Positions 36,401 through 49,430 are shown, counted from the whole stretch's first letter. The stretch is 63,187 bases of DNA, filler included, from Folioceros fuciformis (GCA_049999805.1; 3 parts of 2 records of this genome joined end to end with filler, not necessarily neighbours in it), one strand, 5' to 3'. Notes: generated by a model not told the origin, from the letters alone. Made by a program: numbers and translations.

Positions 36401-37723
36401 TGATGTCGCACCCTAATGAGAGGACAACAGGGAGGCTGGAGTGGGGCTAGGCGAGAGCATCACCTAAGGGTGAGGTGGGCCCAGGAGAAGACTCCGTTCC
36501 ACCGATGGGGATCAGTAAGTGGGCAAAACTTGCTTGAGGGGACCGGACGACCACTTGAAGGTCGGGGTACGGAGAAGTTGGGCTAGGGACTTGGAGTGCT
36601 GGGCTACACGGGATAGTCCGCTCTTCGGAGGGAGAAATTGGAGTAGGTACGACCGCCATTGACTCCGCAGTCTCACTCAAGACCCGAAGGACTTCTCTAT
36701 GGAAGAAATCGTGGCCGTCATCCAACTGATGGATGGCATCCACCACCATCTGTCAGAGAGTCCTATACTCCATGCGCCACTTGGCCTCCGGGAGGTCAAC
36801 ATTTTGTGCTGCTGTTGTTGACACATATCATCGGAGTTCCTTGAGAGCCACTGAGGTGACCGTGGCCGACTCCCTCAACCAGGGGTTAGAAACCACCTCC
36901 ATTTAGGCCCGGAGTAGGGTCACCTCTCAATGGTCCTCCCAAGTCTCGTGGTCGGCCAGTTGAGCCTCCAGTGTCTATTATCTAGTAGATTCTTAGAAGA
37001 ATACATTAAACATTAAGTGCGTATTTACAATGTAGCAGCAGCCTCTTGTAGGTGCAGGTCTGCTGACTACCAACCAAACATCGTGTCTGCTGGCCTAGCG
37101 GTTAGGTCAGCAACACCGGTTCATATCCTATTATTCATATATATATACATAACTTAAAGGCATGAAACGTGCCCTAACCCTAACTCTACCTATCTAGCTG
37201 AAGTACATATTCCAACATCTAGCTCCTCGACCTTAGTTCGTAGGACCTCCGCCCATTTCAAGGCGTTTTTCGCTCCACAATCCACATATGCCCGTGACTC
37301 TGCATGTCCTCACGCATCTGCTGTGGTCTACTTTTAGAGTTCGGAGCTCCCGCTCACCTGCCTTCTCATTGATTTGCACCGTTCGGAGTTCGCATCGCAA
37401 CTCTTCCACTTGCCAGACCACCTCAACTAGCTTCCGAGTGGCATCCTTCTCCCCCTCAAGGGCCCGATTGTGCTCCTTCCAGTAGTGATCTCGGTCTGCC
37501 ATGCTGCTTGTGACAAGAGTAAAGACCCTTCGTACAGGGTTTATCTGTTAGGGATACTCGCTTACTCGTAGTTATTTATGCTAGGGCCACTAGTTTGGCA
37601 GGGTCGCGTGGGCGAAAGGGCGTAAAGTGATGAATACATAAGTGACAATTTTGTTCTATTATTATTATCATCAAGTAAAGTTTAGTCGATAGCAATTGCC
37701 TTGCTCTCTCCGCAAAATACACA

Positions 37724-37823
37724 NNNNNNNNNNNNNNNNNNNNNNNNNNNNNNNNNNNNNNNNNNNNTTAATTAATTAANNNNNNNNNNNNNNNNNNNNN
37801 NNNNNNNNNNNNNNNNNNNNNNN
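37724..37823. other. Artificial assembly spacer 44N-TTAATTAATTAA-44N
   Basis: Same construct as 14328-14427. Confidence 0.95.
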
Positions 37824-37943
37824 CAGTCGGGACTCTGTGAGTCCGTTTGGCAGTCGGGACTCTGTGAGTCCGTTTGGCAGTCGGGACTCTGTGAGTCCGT
37901 TTGGCAGTCGGGACTCTGTGAGTCCGTTTGGCAGTCGGGACTC
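37824..37943 (+). repeat. Perfect 27-bp tandem array (CAGTCGGGACTCTGTGAGTCCGTTTGG x4 plus a partial copy), truncated by the gap
   Basis: Identical units, no spacers. Confidence 0.95.
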
Positions 37944-39565
37944 CCAACGGCCAGCAGAAACGGGGTTCTAAGGCTGGCCCCGTTATCCCAAACGGGAAGG
38001 GGGGCCCTAGCGGACGATACTAGACTACGGACGAAAACACGGACTAAATTTCTTATGCCAGATTCGAAATTTACAACTTCCATTCCTAGGTCCGTCTGCA
38101 CACCTCCCTACTAACCTGATGCACCTTTCGGTTGGGCCTGTCTGTCACCTCCAGGCAGCCCAACTTGGGACCTACATCGCTTCCACAAAGCCTGGAGCTT
38201 AAGTGCTATAAATTGGACGACCAACCACCATAGGTGTGGCNNNNNNNNNNNNNNNNNNNNNNNNNNNNNNNNNNNNNNNNNNNNNNNNNNNNNNNNNNNN
38301 NNNNNNNNNNNNNNNNNNNNNNNNNNNNNNNNNNNNNNNNGTGCTATAAATTGGACGACCAACCACCATAGGTGTGGCATTGTGAGAGAGACTGCGTTGT
38401 CTGTCTAATTTCATCTAACGCTTTACTACAAGGTTGGAATTTTCCATCAGCCATGGCTGAAAAGAAGCGCATCTTTGCGGCCTCCGCACGGGCTCGTACG
38501 TGAGGGGAGGGATCAAAGAAAGGTAAAGAGGGTCAGCTCTTCAAGGAAATGACTCAGTTTGTAAGCTGCTGAGCAAGGTGTGAGGTTCTTGGTATCGGGT
38601 CCTTTTTGTATGAGTTGTCAAGAAGGAAGAAGGAATGTGTTATCTTTCTTTGACGTCCACTGTTGTAGAAGTAGCCTGAATCGGAAGGATCTCTTCCGTG
38701 TGAGCCTCTTCACTCACACCATCTCCGATTTTGTATCTGTTTGCTGGGTGTGATGGCAGGATGACTCTTTCTTTCTTTCTTCCAAGGCCAGTGTTGCTCG
38801 TTGATCTTGCAGCTGGCTTGGGAGGTGTCATTTATTTTACTTTGTTTTCCCCCCTATCATATAGTTGGGACCCGAGGGGGCCCTCCTGTCACTTTACAGG
38901 GGATCGAAAAGTACCTTATTTCCAGCTTCTAAGGTTCGTTGGTGTACTGATGATTGTAGGTGCGTTGTCGTACCTGTCTGTGGTTGCGTTGGCGTGCCTT
39001 TGTGCTCATGTTGGTATCTGGTCCCTCCAGCACAGAATTCGTTGCAGTACTAGGAACTTGTTGAGGGCGTAGAGTAGACTTAAATACATCCAACATAGGT
39101 CTGCTATGTCCGGCACGAGCACGACTATGTCAAGTCCCTGTTGACAAGATCCCTGACATTTAACTTCACTTCTGTGGACAGAATCGCTGGAGTGGCAATG
39201 GAAGCTCCTGTAGGCAACAGTTGGTGGGATGTCTTTCCCACGAACATGGCCAAGGAGGGATGGGATACTCAAAATTTGAATGACAAGATTGTCCTCTCAA
39301 TCGCCCATCATCGATCTAATCTACCTTAGTTCCCACTGGAGCTGTGCAGCTCCTGGAAGTTAACATCTCATCGTCTCCAAACATCCTGTACAGTTCCCGT
39401 AAACGTCGGTTAATGGGAACGGGCATTGAAGTGCTGTAGATGCTCGACAATGTAGGAGGCTTTGGGTCGGTAAGAAAATCCCATCCTACTATTTTACAAC
39501 GGCACAAGCAAATACGTTTTAAAATGTGCTTGGAGAGACTAGAAATTCCTTCTGTTTTCTGTTGG

Positions 39566-39670
39566 AGAGACTAAAGCAACAATACTGTGCAGAGACTGAA
39601 GGACAATACCGTGCAGAGATTGAACAATGCTGTGCAGAGACTGAAGGACATTACCGTGCAGAGACTAAAG
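39566..39670 (+). repeat. Degenerate 21-25 bp minisatellite (GTGCAGAGACTGAA core)
   Basis: Read directly. Confidence 0.8.
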
Positions 39671-40029
39671 TGAAGGACAGGACAGTTCAAAGACCAAACA
39701 GGAAGACAGTGCAAGGGTTTACGACTCCCTTCGTACAGGGTATGTTGGTCAGCTTTGGGACGTGGCCTTTAAGTTCTTTCGACTTGCACAATACCTTTAT
39801 CCTGCCTTGTTCACGTATGGCAGGGTATCAAGATTATTTGGGTCCTGTCGTGCTGCAGAGGTACATCGCATTGCCACTCCCCGCGACAGTCTATCACTAG
39901 TTGCGTCGGCATGGCCACATCCTCCCTCGTCTGCTCTTCTCATCCATTGTCGAACAGCAGAAAGAAGGAATAATATTATGTTGTTAGAAGCCCTGGGGAC
40001 AGAATTGGGGGCTGTGTCAATCCTCGTAA

Positions 40030-41360
40030 TTTACGGTACGACCAAAACAAGACGACGTTGGTGTCGGGGAAGAAACATTTGATTGCGAGAGGGAAGGCAA
40101 TCGTGTGTGACTCGGGTCCTCTATGTATTCCTTGAAGTAGAAAAAGTCAGCAGAAAACCACTCCGGAACCTCCATCTCAAGAAGGTTGGTGTAATACTGC
40201 ATGGTTCGGACTCTGGAAAACAAGCGGGCTTCCGAAGGAGTCCCCTTGAATGGCAACGCTGCGTGGTCTGTTCATTTTCGTTGATGAGCAAGATGGATCA
40301 AATCGCTGTGCGTGCACTTGGAACAAACACAACATATTGTGACAACTCACCACCAGCCGGCGGGCGGATTCAACTACTTCACATCCACGATGGGGAAAAG
40401 ATCGATATGTCGGATTGGCACTGTACTGAAGAGCACCAGTGACGATCAGCTTGTCGAACTCGAGCTGTGTCTCGCCACTGTAGTCAGCAACACGGATCGC
40501 GACGGGCCCAGAATCTGGGCGGAGGATGTCGATAACCCGACTGCTGCACCTCACATCGGATAGCGAGGTAGCGAGCTTCTGATGAACCAAGCTGCAGTAG
40601 CCACCGCGAACCCGCTGGATTGGCCCGGCACCGAGGTGCGGTTGAACTCGTGCATGTAGAGACGTAGGGGATATCGGCAGGGTAGCCGTAACCGGAGCTG
40701 GTGAAGATGGCGGCGATGTTGACGGGCAGCCCCTTGCTGTGGCCTCTGCGTCTCAGGAACTCCTCGGCCGTGTCGCTCGCCAGGTCAGCCACACCATGAA
40801 TACCGATTCTTCCCCCCTTCTCCGCTTCCGCTTGTACACGTATCGGGATCAATCGCGCTTATTGCAGTTTCGTCCAGGATTGCTTTGCATCAAGCAAGCG
40901 GATTCGGTTTTGGGTGGAACCTGCAGTTGGGCTGTGAGAGAGATGACTTGGCTGACATCCTTGAACACGTCCAGCTCCTGCGATGCCCCACCAGCGGTGA
41001 CTTGGAGCATCCAGTGCTACTGGTCGCCGGCGCGCAGGGCTTCCATCTGCATTCCCAGTACCGCCGCCAGAGCTGCCATGGTGTCGACCTTGAGCCAGAA
41101 ACTGGCTTCCTAGATCGTACGTCCTTCCTGCAGGTCAACGTCACCACAATCTTGATCACACGTGCCAATAAGGCTGTGCAGGCCCGCACCTGTGCGTCCA
41201 CGAGCATGGGTGCATTATAAGCTGAAAGTCGTCAACCACCACAGTGCAGGGATCCACAAATTCAGCCCACTCTGAGCTGCTTAGAATACTCTAACACGGT
41301 GACATGGTTGAAGGCAAGGCTGGAGAAGGGCGCAGTGGCAGGCTCGGCGGCCAGTATCTC
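40030..41360 (-). pseudogene. FAD-dependent oxidoreductase (amine-oxidase-like) pseudogene with introns; may extend weakly to ~39050
   Basis: Collinear blocks FNHVTVLE..VG*IC, GRTYDLGSQFLA, VISLTAQLQ, GRIGIHGVADLASD, SGYGYPADIPY, YMHEFNRTS, GGYCSL, LEFDKLIVTG, LFSRVRTMQYYT, FFYFKEYIEDP, DTNVVLFWSY match, from memory, the N-terminal module of a large uncharacterised plant multidomain protein. At least two in-frame stops and four frameshifts. Confidence 0.8.
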
Positions 41361-42770
41361 CTTGGCAGCCTCAGGAGCTATGGCACTCCAGTTGTTTCCA
41401 AAGCCGTGCAAGAATTGAACCAGGCCAGGACAGAAATCCGCCGTAACCTGTGCAACAGACAGTCTAGGTTTCTCTGGTTGGGATTGAGAAGATGCGGAGA
41501 CCTTATCGTCACATGGAGCAGACTCTCTCTCCTCTCCTCTCCGGTCGGCAGTGGGCAAGATCTTCATCAGTTTGATCGCACAAATTCAGTTGGACGTCGT
41601 CCCCCATGGAGCACACCGCTCTCGGCTATGGTGTGGCGTTTGTCCTTCGTTGTTGGGGCAAGCCGCTCTCTCTCTCTCTCTCGCCGCATACGAATCAGCT
41701 CGTTCAAGCCTGGTGCGTTTGGCGGTTGCTGACAACCAAGTGCTGGAAAGGCTGCTTTACGTCATTCGGTCAAGATTTAACATGTTCAGAAGGTTCAAGA
41801 GACAGCAGGGCGGTCAAAGTGGCCACCACTTTGGGCGGAATTGCAGGAATGCAAGATGCTAGGTGCATGCTTGTTGTCCTCGCCATCGGCTCGGGCGGCG
41901 CTGTCTGGCTGCCTCACCCATCAGAAAGGAAGGACAACTTTACAACTGTAGTGATCTCCGCACTGGTGAGCAAGGTGTGTTCCATACGAGACGGCAATTG
42001 ATTTGCTCTGCAACTGCCTTTCAAAGGCGGCCAGTGCTTTTTCCATGCGACAACTTTTCAACCTTTTAGGTCACATTACTTTACACAAGTAATGAGTGAC
42101 ACGCGGGCACCGTGTTTTCTCGGCCATGCTCCTGCTTGCCCGCGGTGTAGGTGGGAGATCAACTTGTATAACTGCAAAGGGCGTTCCTCGATAGTGACAA
42201 TCGACTACGGTCTGCTGGCTGCCGCCAAATAGACTCCGGATCCAACCACCTCGGGAAGGGTGGGCAAAGGCATCTCATGTCATGTGATGGGAGCTCGGAG
42301 AAAACATTCCGCTGTAGACTTGGCCTACCTCTCGAAATGCAGGCATGCATGTACAGTTGGCCTCAGAATTGAAAAGTTACGGTCTGACCTACAACTTCAT
42401 AGAAGCAATAGTGGATGTCTGTCTTCGACAATAAGTCTAAGGTGCCATCGGATGTGGCATTTAAAGTTCCCACATTGTGCTACATTGATCAACTTGTTTA
42501 TAACGTTTACGAAGTCTCTCTCCCAAGCTATGCTGGGAGTTGCTGGGGTTCTCTCCCCACTGGTAAAGAAGGCGATCATCATCTGGAACAGGGCACGAAC
42601 ATTTTCGTCTCAACCCACATTGCTATGCAAGACTGGAGACTTTTTATGCACCCGGTTTAAAGCGGAACGCGATACGAAGAATGAATGCTTTACCAGTACA
42701 TAGAACGGGCTCAAGTACCCAAATGAGTCTGTACTGTTACAACTGCCTAAACTGCTCTTCTACAGGTCTG

Positions 42771-43649
42771 CCTAGTTTTGTGGACTACCACGGGTACAAA
42801 CCCAAACTAATTAATCTGAAACGTGCCCTAGCCACACACGGCTGATCCCGGAGCGTCCAGCGACAAGCTCTCAGCTCTCGGCAAATCATTTTTATTGGGG
42901 GGCTGAAAGCCTTTTTTTATTTTTCTACACAATTTATATTTCAAAAAAATATAAAATAGGCCCTTATAGTTAAACTTGGAGGCTTAAAGACATTTACCTT
43001 ATAAAGGAAGAATTTTTTTTTTTCAAAAAGAACCATTTTTTAAACTAATTACTCCTAAAACATGAATGCAGAATATTTTAAAGTAAGAGGAACATGAAAA
43101 TAGCTTGCAAGCTTAAAGCCTTTGTTTGCTAAGTCGTCAAGTATAGTTGATGATGTTTCTAGGTCGTATTTTTGCATATCCAAGGTACTTTTGGAAGCTA
43201 GCCAATAATTGTAAGTCGTTGGGGAGAAGCTTTTATGTATAAGTACATAGTCTTAATTCTTCGAATCTCGTTGAAAGTTGTTCCCTATTACTTAGAAATA
43301 AAAGCTTATATGATTTGATCTATGAAGTGTATTAACATTCTTAAGTTTTTAATATAAGTATAATACACATTGAAGATATATTTTTTAATATATGGAGTAG
43401 AAAACCATTTTTCTTAAAAACTAGAATTCCTAGGTGCCCCTTTTTTCACTTCACTTAGAGGCTCAAAGCCTCTTTTTTGTTTTTTAAATACCCCTTTTCA
43501 TCTAAGGTTTGGGAGTAAAGTTGTTAAGAAAAAGAGGCTTTGCCGAGGTCTAAACAACTCTCCCTAGTTCTGTAGGCTACAACGAGTACGAACCCAAACT
43601 AATTAATCTAAACATGCCCTAGCCACACATGGCTGATCTGCGAGCGTCC
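42771..43649. repeat. ~88-bp direct repeats (42771-42858, 43563-43649) flanking an AT-rich MITE-like insert (42872-43552)
   Basis: Direct repeats align by eye; inverted ends CAGCTCTCGGCAAA / TTTGCCGAGGTCTA; no clean TSD. Confidence 0.6.
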
Positions 43650-43833
43650 TGTGCCACAGTACTTCAGCACTCCCCCTCTTAGGATGTGTATACCTGGTGA
43701 CGTCTTCGACTTGCGAGTCACTTGATCATTGTTGGGAGTAAGAAGTCTCTAGCAAGTAAAAGTACTCCAGCACAAGTCTGAGCTGAGTTGAAGGAGAGAT
43801 GCTGGAGTTTGTGCCAATACTGCAAATTGAAGG

Positions 43834-46800
43834 CTCCCCCTCAAGCTGAAGTTAGGGAAGTTTGGCATCTTCCTCCCAAGTGAATCTCCTCTCTTGTGAG
43901 TCTAATGTTGGCGATGTTCTTCTCGTGCAGAGGCTTAGGAAGACCTTTGGTGAGGAGGTCGGAGATGTTGTCCGTTGTGCTTACATATTGCTGCAGAACT
44001 TGCTTGTTTGCCATTACCTATCGAATGAAGTGATGTTGAATTTCCACATGCTTCATCCCTCCATGAAGAATTGGGTTATGAGTCATGGCAATCTCTCATT
44101 GATTATCACATAGCAACTTGGTTGGTTCTAACTGATCCACATCAATGTCTCGTAGAAATTGTTTGATCCACAAGATCTCCTTGGGTACTAGTAACATGGC
44201 TGCATACTGCGCTTCTATGCTCAACAAGCAAATTGTTTGCATTTTCTTACAGCTCTAGGATATGAATGACTGGTTAATCATCATGCAATATGTTGATGTG
44301 GACTTTCTTGCATTAGGGTCTCTGTGGAATGATTTCTTGCACCCAAGAACCACCCAAGGGGCCACACATTCCCCTATTGTCGTTGCAGTCCTATGATTCG
44401 CTCCCAAGGGAGTGAACTAGTGCCAAGGAACACTACCTATCACACTCCTACCTATCAGCCGGTCTATAGGTCTGTCCATACACTCACAACAAAAAGGCTA
44501 GAAGCCTAGCCTACCCCCTAAGTCAGCTCGCCCAACTCACACTCCTGTTCTTCAGTCCTTCAGCTCTTCTTGATTTCCACTTCAGCCACTTTCTCCTTCA
44601 CCTCAGCTCTGCAAACTTCCCACTTCAGTCCCTTCCTCTTCACTTCAGAAGCCATGGCCTGGCTACTGGATCCATCGTCCCCCCAGCCCTGCCTGCTACC
44701 GACCGCCTGCCACCTGATCCAGCCAGGGGCCACCTGAGCCTGCTGGCTAGCCACCTCAGCCACTGCTGCTAGCTGCCGTCACCTGGCGGTCCCGCTAGTC
44801 TAGTCTCCACCGTAGGCCACCCATCGGGCCTGGGGTGCCCTGTCTTTGACCCTTGCAGGGCAGCCACCCATTTGGCCTACCCGGCTACCTGCCTGCAGCC
44901 CGCCTGGCTGGCCCCAAATCCCGCTAAGCCACCCGCCAAGCGGGTACCTGCTTTGGCAGCACCCCCTGCTCCTCGCCTTGCCGGCCAGGATCTCCTCCAG
45001 CCAGCCAGCCTGCACTAGGCGGCTGCCTGGTCGGATCTGCCTACAGGATCGCCTGCCAGCCTGCTACTGACCAGCCAAGCCGCTACTAGGCTGCCTGCTG
45101 GAGTGCGTGCCTCCAGTCACGGCCAGTCCGGCCACCCGCAGCTACATTAGGCCGGCCAGCCCCGCTGGTCGCACAGCCGGGTCGCCGCTGGCCCAGCCAT
45201 CCTCCAGGCCGCCTGCCAGGCCGGCCTGCCCTATTGGATTTGGCCAAGCAGCCCGCTCACGGGGCCGCTTGCTGTAGCCCCTAGCTAGCCCCCTCGCGAT
45301 CCTGGCCAGCCAGGCCTGGCTGCCTGGATCCCGGCGCCGTGCCTGCTAGGTCACCCACCCGCCAGCTACCAGGTTGCCTGCCTGCAGCCAGGCTAGGCTG
45401 CCTCCCCGTAGCCGGGTGTCTGTGCTGCTTGCCCAGCCCTTGCAAGCGCTCCTCTGCAACCCCTGCTCTCCGTAGCCGGGCCGCTGCTGGTCCGGCCCTC
45501 CTCTAGGCATCGGCCTGGCTTAGATCCACCCCGGCCTCCCGCCTGCCAAGCCTGACCACATCCCGAATCCGGCTACCGCTACCAATCTGGTTCGGCACCC
45601 TCCCACCTGGATGTCGACTCGCCAGCCGCTTGGCTGCATGGCTCTGGCACTGCCACAGCCCGCCGAAGTGCCCTGCCCCTGACCGCGACCCAGCCCGCTT
45701 TCCTCGCCTACAGCTTGGCCGACTGGCCAGAGGCCACTAGCCGACCTCTAGCCTCCAGATCCAACCAGGCAGCCAACCTGCTCGACCTGGCTGCCCGCTG
45801 GATTCAACCGCTGGTCGGGGCTACCGCTTGTAGCAGCTGCCTACTTGCATCTGGCTGGTCTGCTGCTGCAGCCGGCCAGCCTGGATCCAAGCAGCCTAGC
45901 CCACCGACTACCTAGTCTGCCATTTCGGATCCGTCGCCAAGCCGCCCCGCTGATCCACCTAGGACTGTCCGTCGATCTGGCCTCCTGGCCGGCTAGATCT
46001 GCCAGCCCACCCTCCTGGCAACCTACTGCTGGCCGCTTGCCCAGAGGCCGCAACTTGGCTCCTGCCTTCTGAATCTGGCCAGATCTAGGCCACCGCCCTG
46101 ATCCTGCCGGTCTGCTAATTTGGCCACCTGTGCTCTGGTGATCCCTATCCACCCGATGCACTAGGGCAGCATCCCGACACCTCCATCTCTGTCCCAACTT
46201 CCACCAGCAACAGCCAGAGGACCCCCAGCCCTCTTTCCACAACGTCCAGGTTTCCTATTCCTTACCCCGAGGAACCAGAGCCCGTGTCCTATCTACCACA
46301 CAACCTACCTACCCTATCGACTCACCCTCACTCTAAGCTACTATTCTAACCTAACCTTCCAACCTTTCTTCTACAAGACTCACTCACAAATCCTAAAAAA
46401 AAGAAAACCTATCATTTCCCAGGGGTCTGTTCAGCATGTGGAGTCCACAGTCTCCTACCCAGCCTGTGTATGAGTAAGATATTAGCTTGAGTTTGCGTAT
46501 GGGGTCGCCTTTGCATGCAAGTCCCAAGGACTTAGTCCCCTTCAAGTATCGAAACACTCGCTTCACGCAAGTCGAATGGGCTAAAGGTGATGTTCACGGC
46601 CTAGACTTTGTTGGGTCTAGTCCATATTGAAAGATACAAGAGGTTGCCCACTGCTTCATTGTAAGGTACTTGTTGCATCTCCTTGATGTCTTCAAGTGAC
46701 GTTGGGCAATCATGTATGGAAACTTTTTCTCCTATGGCAATGGGAGTTGACACAGTTTTGCATCCTTCACGTAAAATCTCTCTAAGAGCTTATCCACGTG

Positions 46801-47190
46801 ATGCCCCTTATGTATGAAGTATGAGTGATCTGCAAGGGTATGCTCAAATTGCACGCCAAGGGCAAAGCGAAGGGGTCCCATGTCCACCACTTTGTATTCC
46901 TTGGAAAGGAGGTCCATTGCTTACTGAATAGAGGATAGATCGTTACCGAAAATGAAGTTGACGTTGACATACAAGGTGACAATGATGAACCTGGTTTTAT
47001 CCTTGAGGATGTATACGCTTGTGTCTGAGGTGAGTGGGGTAAAACCACACTTCTTCAAATAGAGGTTGACAATTTCATTCCACGCTTGTGCTCATTGCTT
47101 CAACCCATATATGGACTTAAGGACCTTGCGCACTTTCGTGGGGTCTTTCACAAATCCTGGTGGTTGTGACATGAAGAGTTCCATAGAAGA
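43834..47190 (-). mobile_element. Ty1/copia RT-RNase H remnant, split by a solo LTR
   Basis: Minus-strand MSQPPGF, YGLKQ, WVGD|PNARKSTS and RNase H end; PPT (CTCCCCCTCAA on +) at 43834. Confidence 0.85.
44323..46449 (-). mobile_element. Solo LTR (2.1 kb) of the Athila-like family with 5-bp TSD GTCTC
   Basis: TGTGGA...TCCACA ends; GTCTC at 44318-44322 and 46450-46454; both ends homologous to the 18559-21994 LTR in reverse. Confidence 0.92.
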
Positions 47191-47903
47191 ACCAATTACG
47201 TAGCTCTGCTACCCCATTAAGCATCTCGACATCAGTGCGCTGCAATGCATGATTGGCTGGCAGCCACCTCCTAGCTCCCAAGTAAACTTCTTTTTGAAGT
47301 TGAGTCGCCCACCAAGAAGGTAGGTCCTCCCAACACTCAAAGCAGGCTCTCACTCCTTTCGCTTGGAAGCCACTCAATGTACTAATATCTAGGTAATCTA
47401 CAAATGTGTGCAAAATTGCAGCACGCGACCAGAAGTGACCCCTTGGGTTGTGTTCCGCTATGGCAAAGTCCTCTTTGGGAATGCCCGTCCATAATTCCCT
47501 CAACTCCTCCAGCAATGGCTCCATATGTGTATCAAAAATTGGGACAATGTGCGGCCCAGGAATTATCAATGGCATAATAATGTTATCTGCCTTAGTGCTC
47601 AACCATGGGGGCATGTTCTACACAAACAGCATAGCTAGCCAAATGGAGCATGTCGATGACTTGTGGCCAGATGGGTTGAACCCGTATGTGGAAAAGACAA
47701 GCCTAACATTTTGAGGATCATCTTTGACATTGTCAACCTCATCAAGAGCAGCCCAAGTTGGAGTGTCTGCCATAATGGCCATGGATCCATCTGAGCTACA
47801 CATCTCAACATGGGAAGTTCATCAGCTTTGCTTTAACTGGATCTCTGAATATTCGAGCTAGGAGTTCCTTCAAAGGAAAATGCCACATCACCTTCTTTGA
47901 GAC
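47190..47903 (-). mobile_element. CACTA/En-Spm transposase (TnpD/Transposase_21) fragment
   Basis: KVMWHFPL, DDPQNVRLVFSTYGFNP, NMPPWL, LIIPGP, EPLLEELRELWTG. Confidence 0.85.
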
Positions 47904-49430
47904 AGTTACAAATGCCATGCGGAAGCGTCTTGCATCAAGCAGATGCTTTACTAAGAAGGAGAAACAATCAACTAAGGTTTAGGTTCATAGGTGGGCTTTT
48001 AAAGGGTTACGAAGGGTTGTGTCCTTCCGCTAGCTTACTAGTTAACTAACTACATTTAAAGCTAAGGCCTAGTTAGACTAACCAACGTGGTATAGAACCA
48101 ACGTGGTTTGCTTTTTCTTCTAACCCTCCCTCTCAAACATGTTGCGGGTTGCTGTTATCTAAGAGCTCCATTAGACAAAAGGAGATCACTCTTGTTGTAG
48201 TTTAGCTTCTAGCCTTGCTCATTTCGGCTATCACCTAGAGTCGGTCAAACTGCCTCGCGGTGAGCTTGTAGTGTACAGCAGCTCGTGGAGAAGAACACCA
48301 CTCTTTTGACCAGAAAAGAGTAAGCTTTCTCCAACATCTTACAACTCCTAGTGACGGAACAAAAACGGATAGCCCCACCAAATGAGCGACCTAAATCGTA
48401 CAGTATCTACAGTCTACCATTCCAATGACCACTTTTCTGAGAAAGCCAAATAATCATATTCATCAACGATTGCCAACAACTCCACTCAGCTGCTTTAGGA
48501 TTGTAACCCTTTGAAAGCGTTAGTAGAACTCCCTCTGCAGCAGAGATAATCTGCATGTCTTCAGAGGTAGTGAAGTTGGCTTGTTGAACTCCTTTTTTCT
48601 ATTCCATAGGTGCCTTTAGAACACCATGTACCGCACCAACATAACGGGGCACCATGATTCTGATAGAAAGTTCACCGGTACTCCTCGTCATGGCTTGTTC
48701 ATCTTCCCCCTCTCGAGCGTAAACTATGAACATTGAAAACGCTTGAGGTGAAGAAGCCAATTATAAAGAGCAGTGCAACTAGCATCCAGAACATGGAAGT
48801 ATGAGAAGAGCATTACCACGGTATGATCTCCCTCTAAATGGACCATCTAACAAGATCGATGCCACTAGATTAGTAAGGCAACAACTGTAAGAACAAATCT
48901 GCCCACGAAATGTACAAGACATGACGCGGACGACCGCATGCAAGATCGGGTAGAGAAGACAATCTCCCTGGCCGAAATCAAGCGGAACGTGTCGTCTTGC
49001 AAGACTTGTTCTACGAAGATGATATCTTTCACCATGATGTGAACATGTGTCTATGGCTACAGTTGTGCACTAATGCCGCAAAAGCAATTAGCCACAGATC
49101 CTTTAGACAGAAACCACCAAACACAAAGTTAGAGCACGAGGTCGGGTTGATCGAGATACTGGGTCTTGGCCTTGGAGACGACGGCAGCATTCTCCATCCC
49201 GGGCTCCTGGCGGGCCTCACCAGCCTGTTTCTTCCTACACTCTCTCTCCCAATGCCCAGGTATCTGACACCAATGACATGTCCCCTCTTGCTTAGGAGAC
49301 TTGGAAGAACCTGAAGATCTCTGAGAGCTCCTGTTTTTATTTTGTGGTGACCTACCGTTGGTCACGAACATGACCCTTTCGCCCCCGTATTGAGATGTGC
49401 CAACATTGAACCTTGCAGCCTCCTCTTGCA
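47904..49430 (-). mobile_element. Internally deleted copia derivative related to the element at 59546-63187
   Basis: LTR 47904-~48371 aligns to 59546-~60009; 48690-48760 matches 61880-61950; knuckle GTCHWCQIPGHWERECRKK parallels 62790-63149. Confidence 0.8.

Noticed and set aside
31700..37500. Short charged or coiled-coil ORFs and LTR-like stretches downstream of AGO
   Set aside because: Probably decayed TE material, but I could not define termini, TSDs or domains well enough to call features.
37824..37943. CRISPR-like palindromic repeats
   Set aside because: Units are head-to-tail with no spacers, there are no cas genes, and the context is eukaryotic.
38203..38378. 38-nt direct repeat on either side of a 100-N gap (10-nt equivalent at 2634-2753)
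   Set aside because: Typical unmerged contig overlap, an assembly artefact.
25394..41360. Argonaute plus neighbouring enzyme as a prokaryote-style defence operon
   Set aside because: AGO is a spliceosomal-intron plant gene; the neighbour is a pseudogene about 9 kb away on the other strand, across an artificial join.
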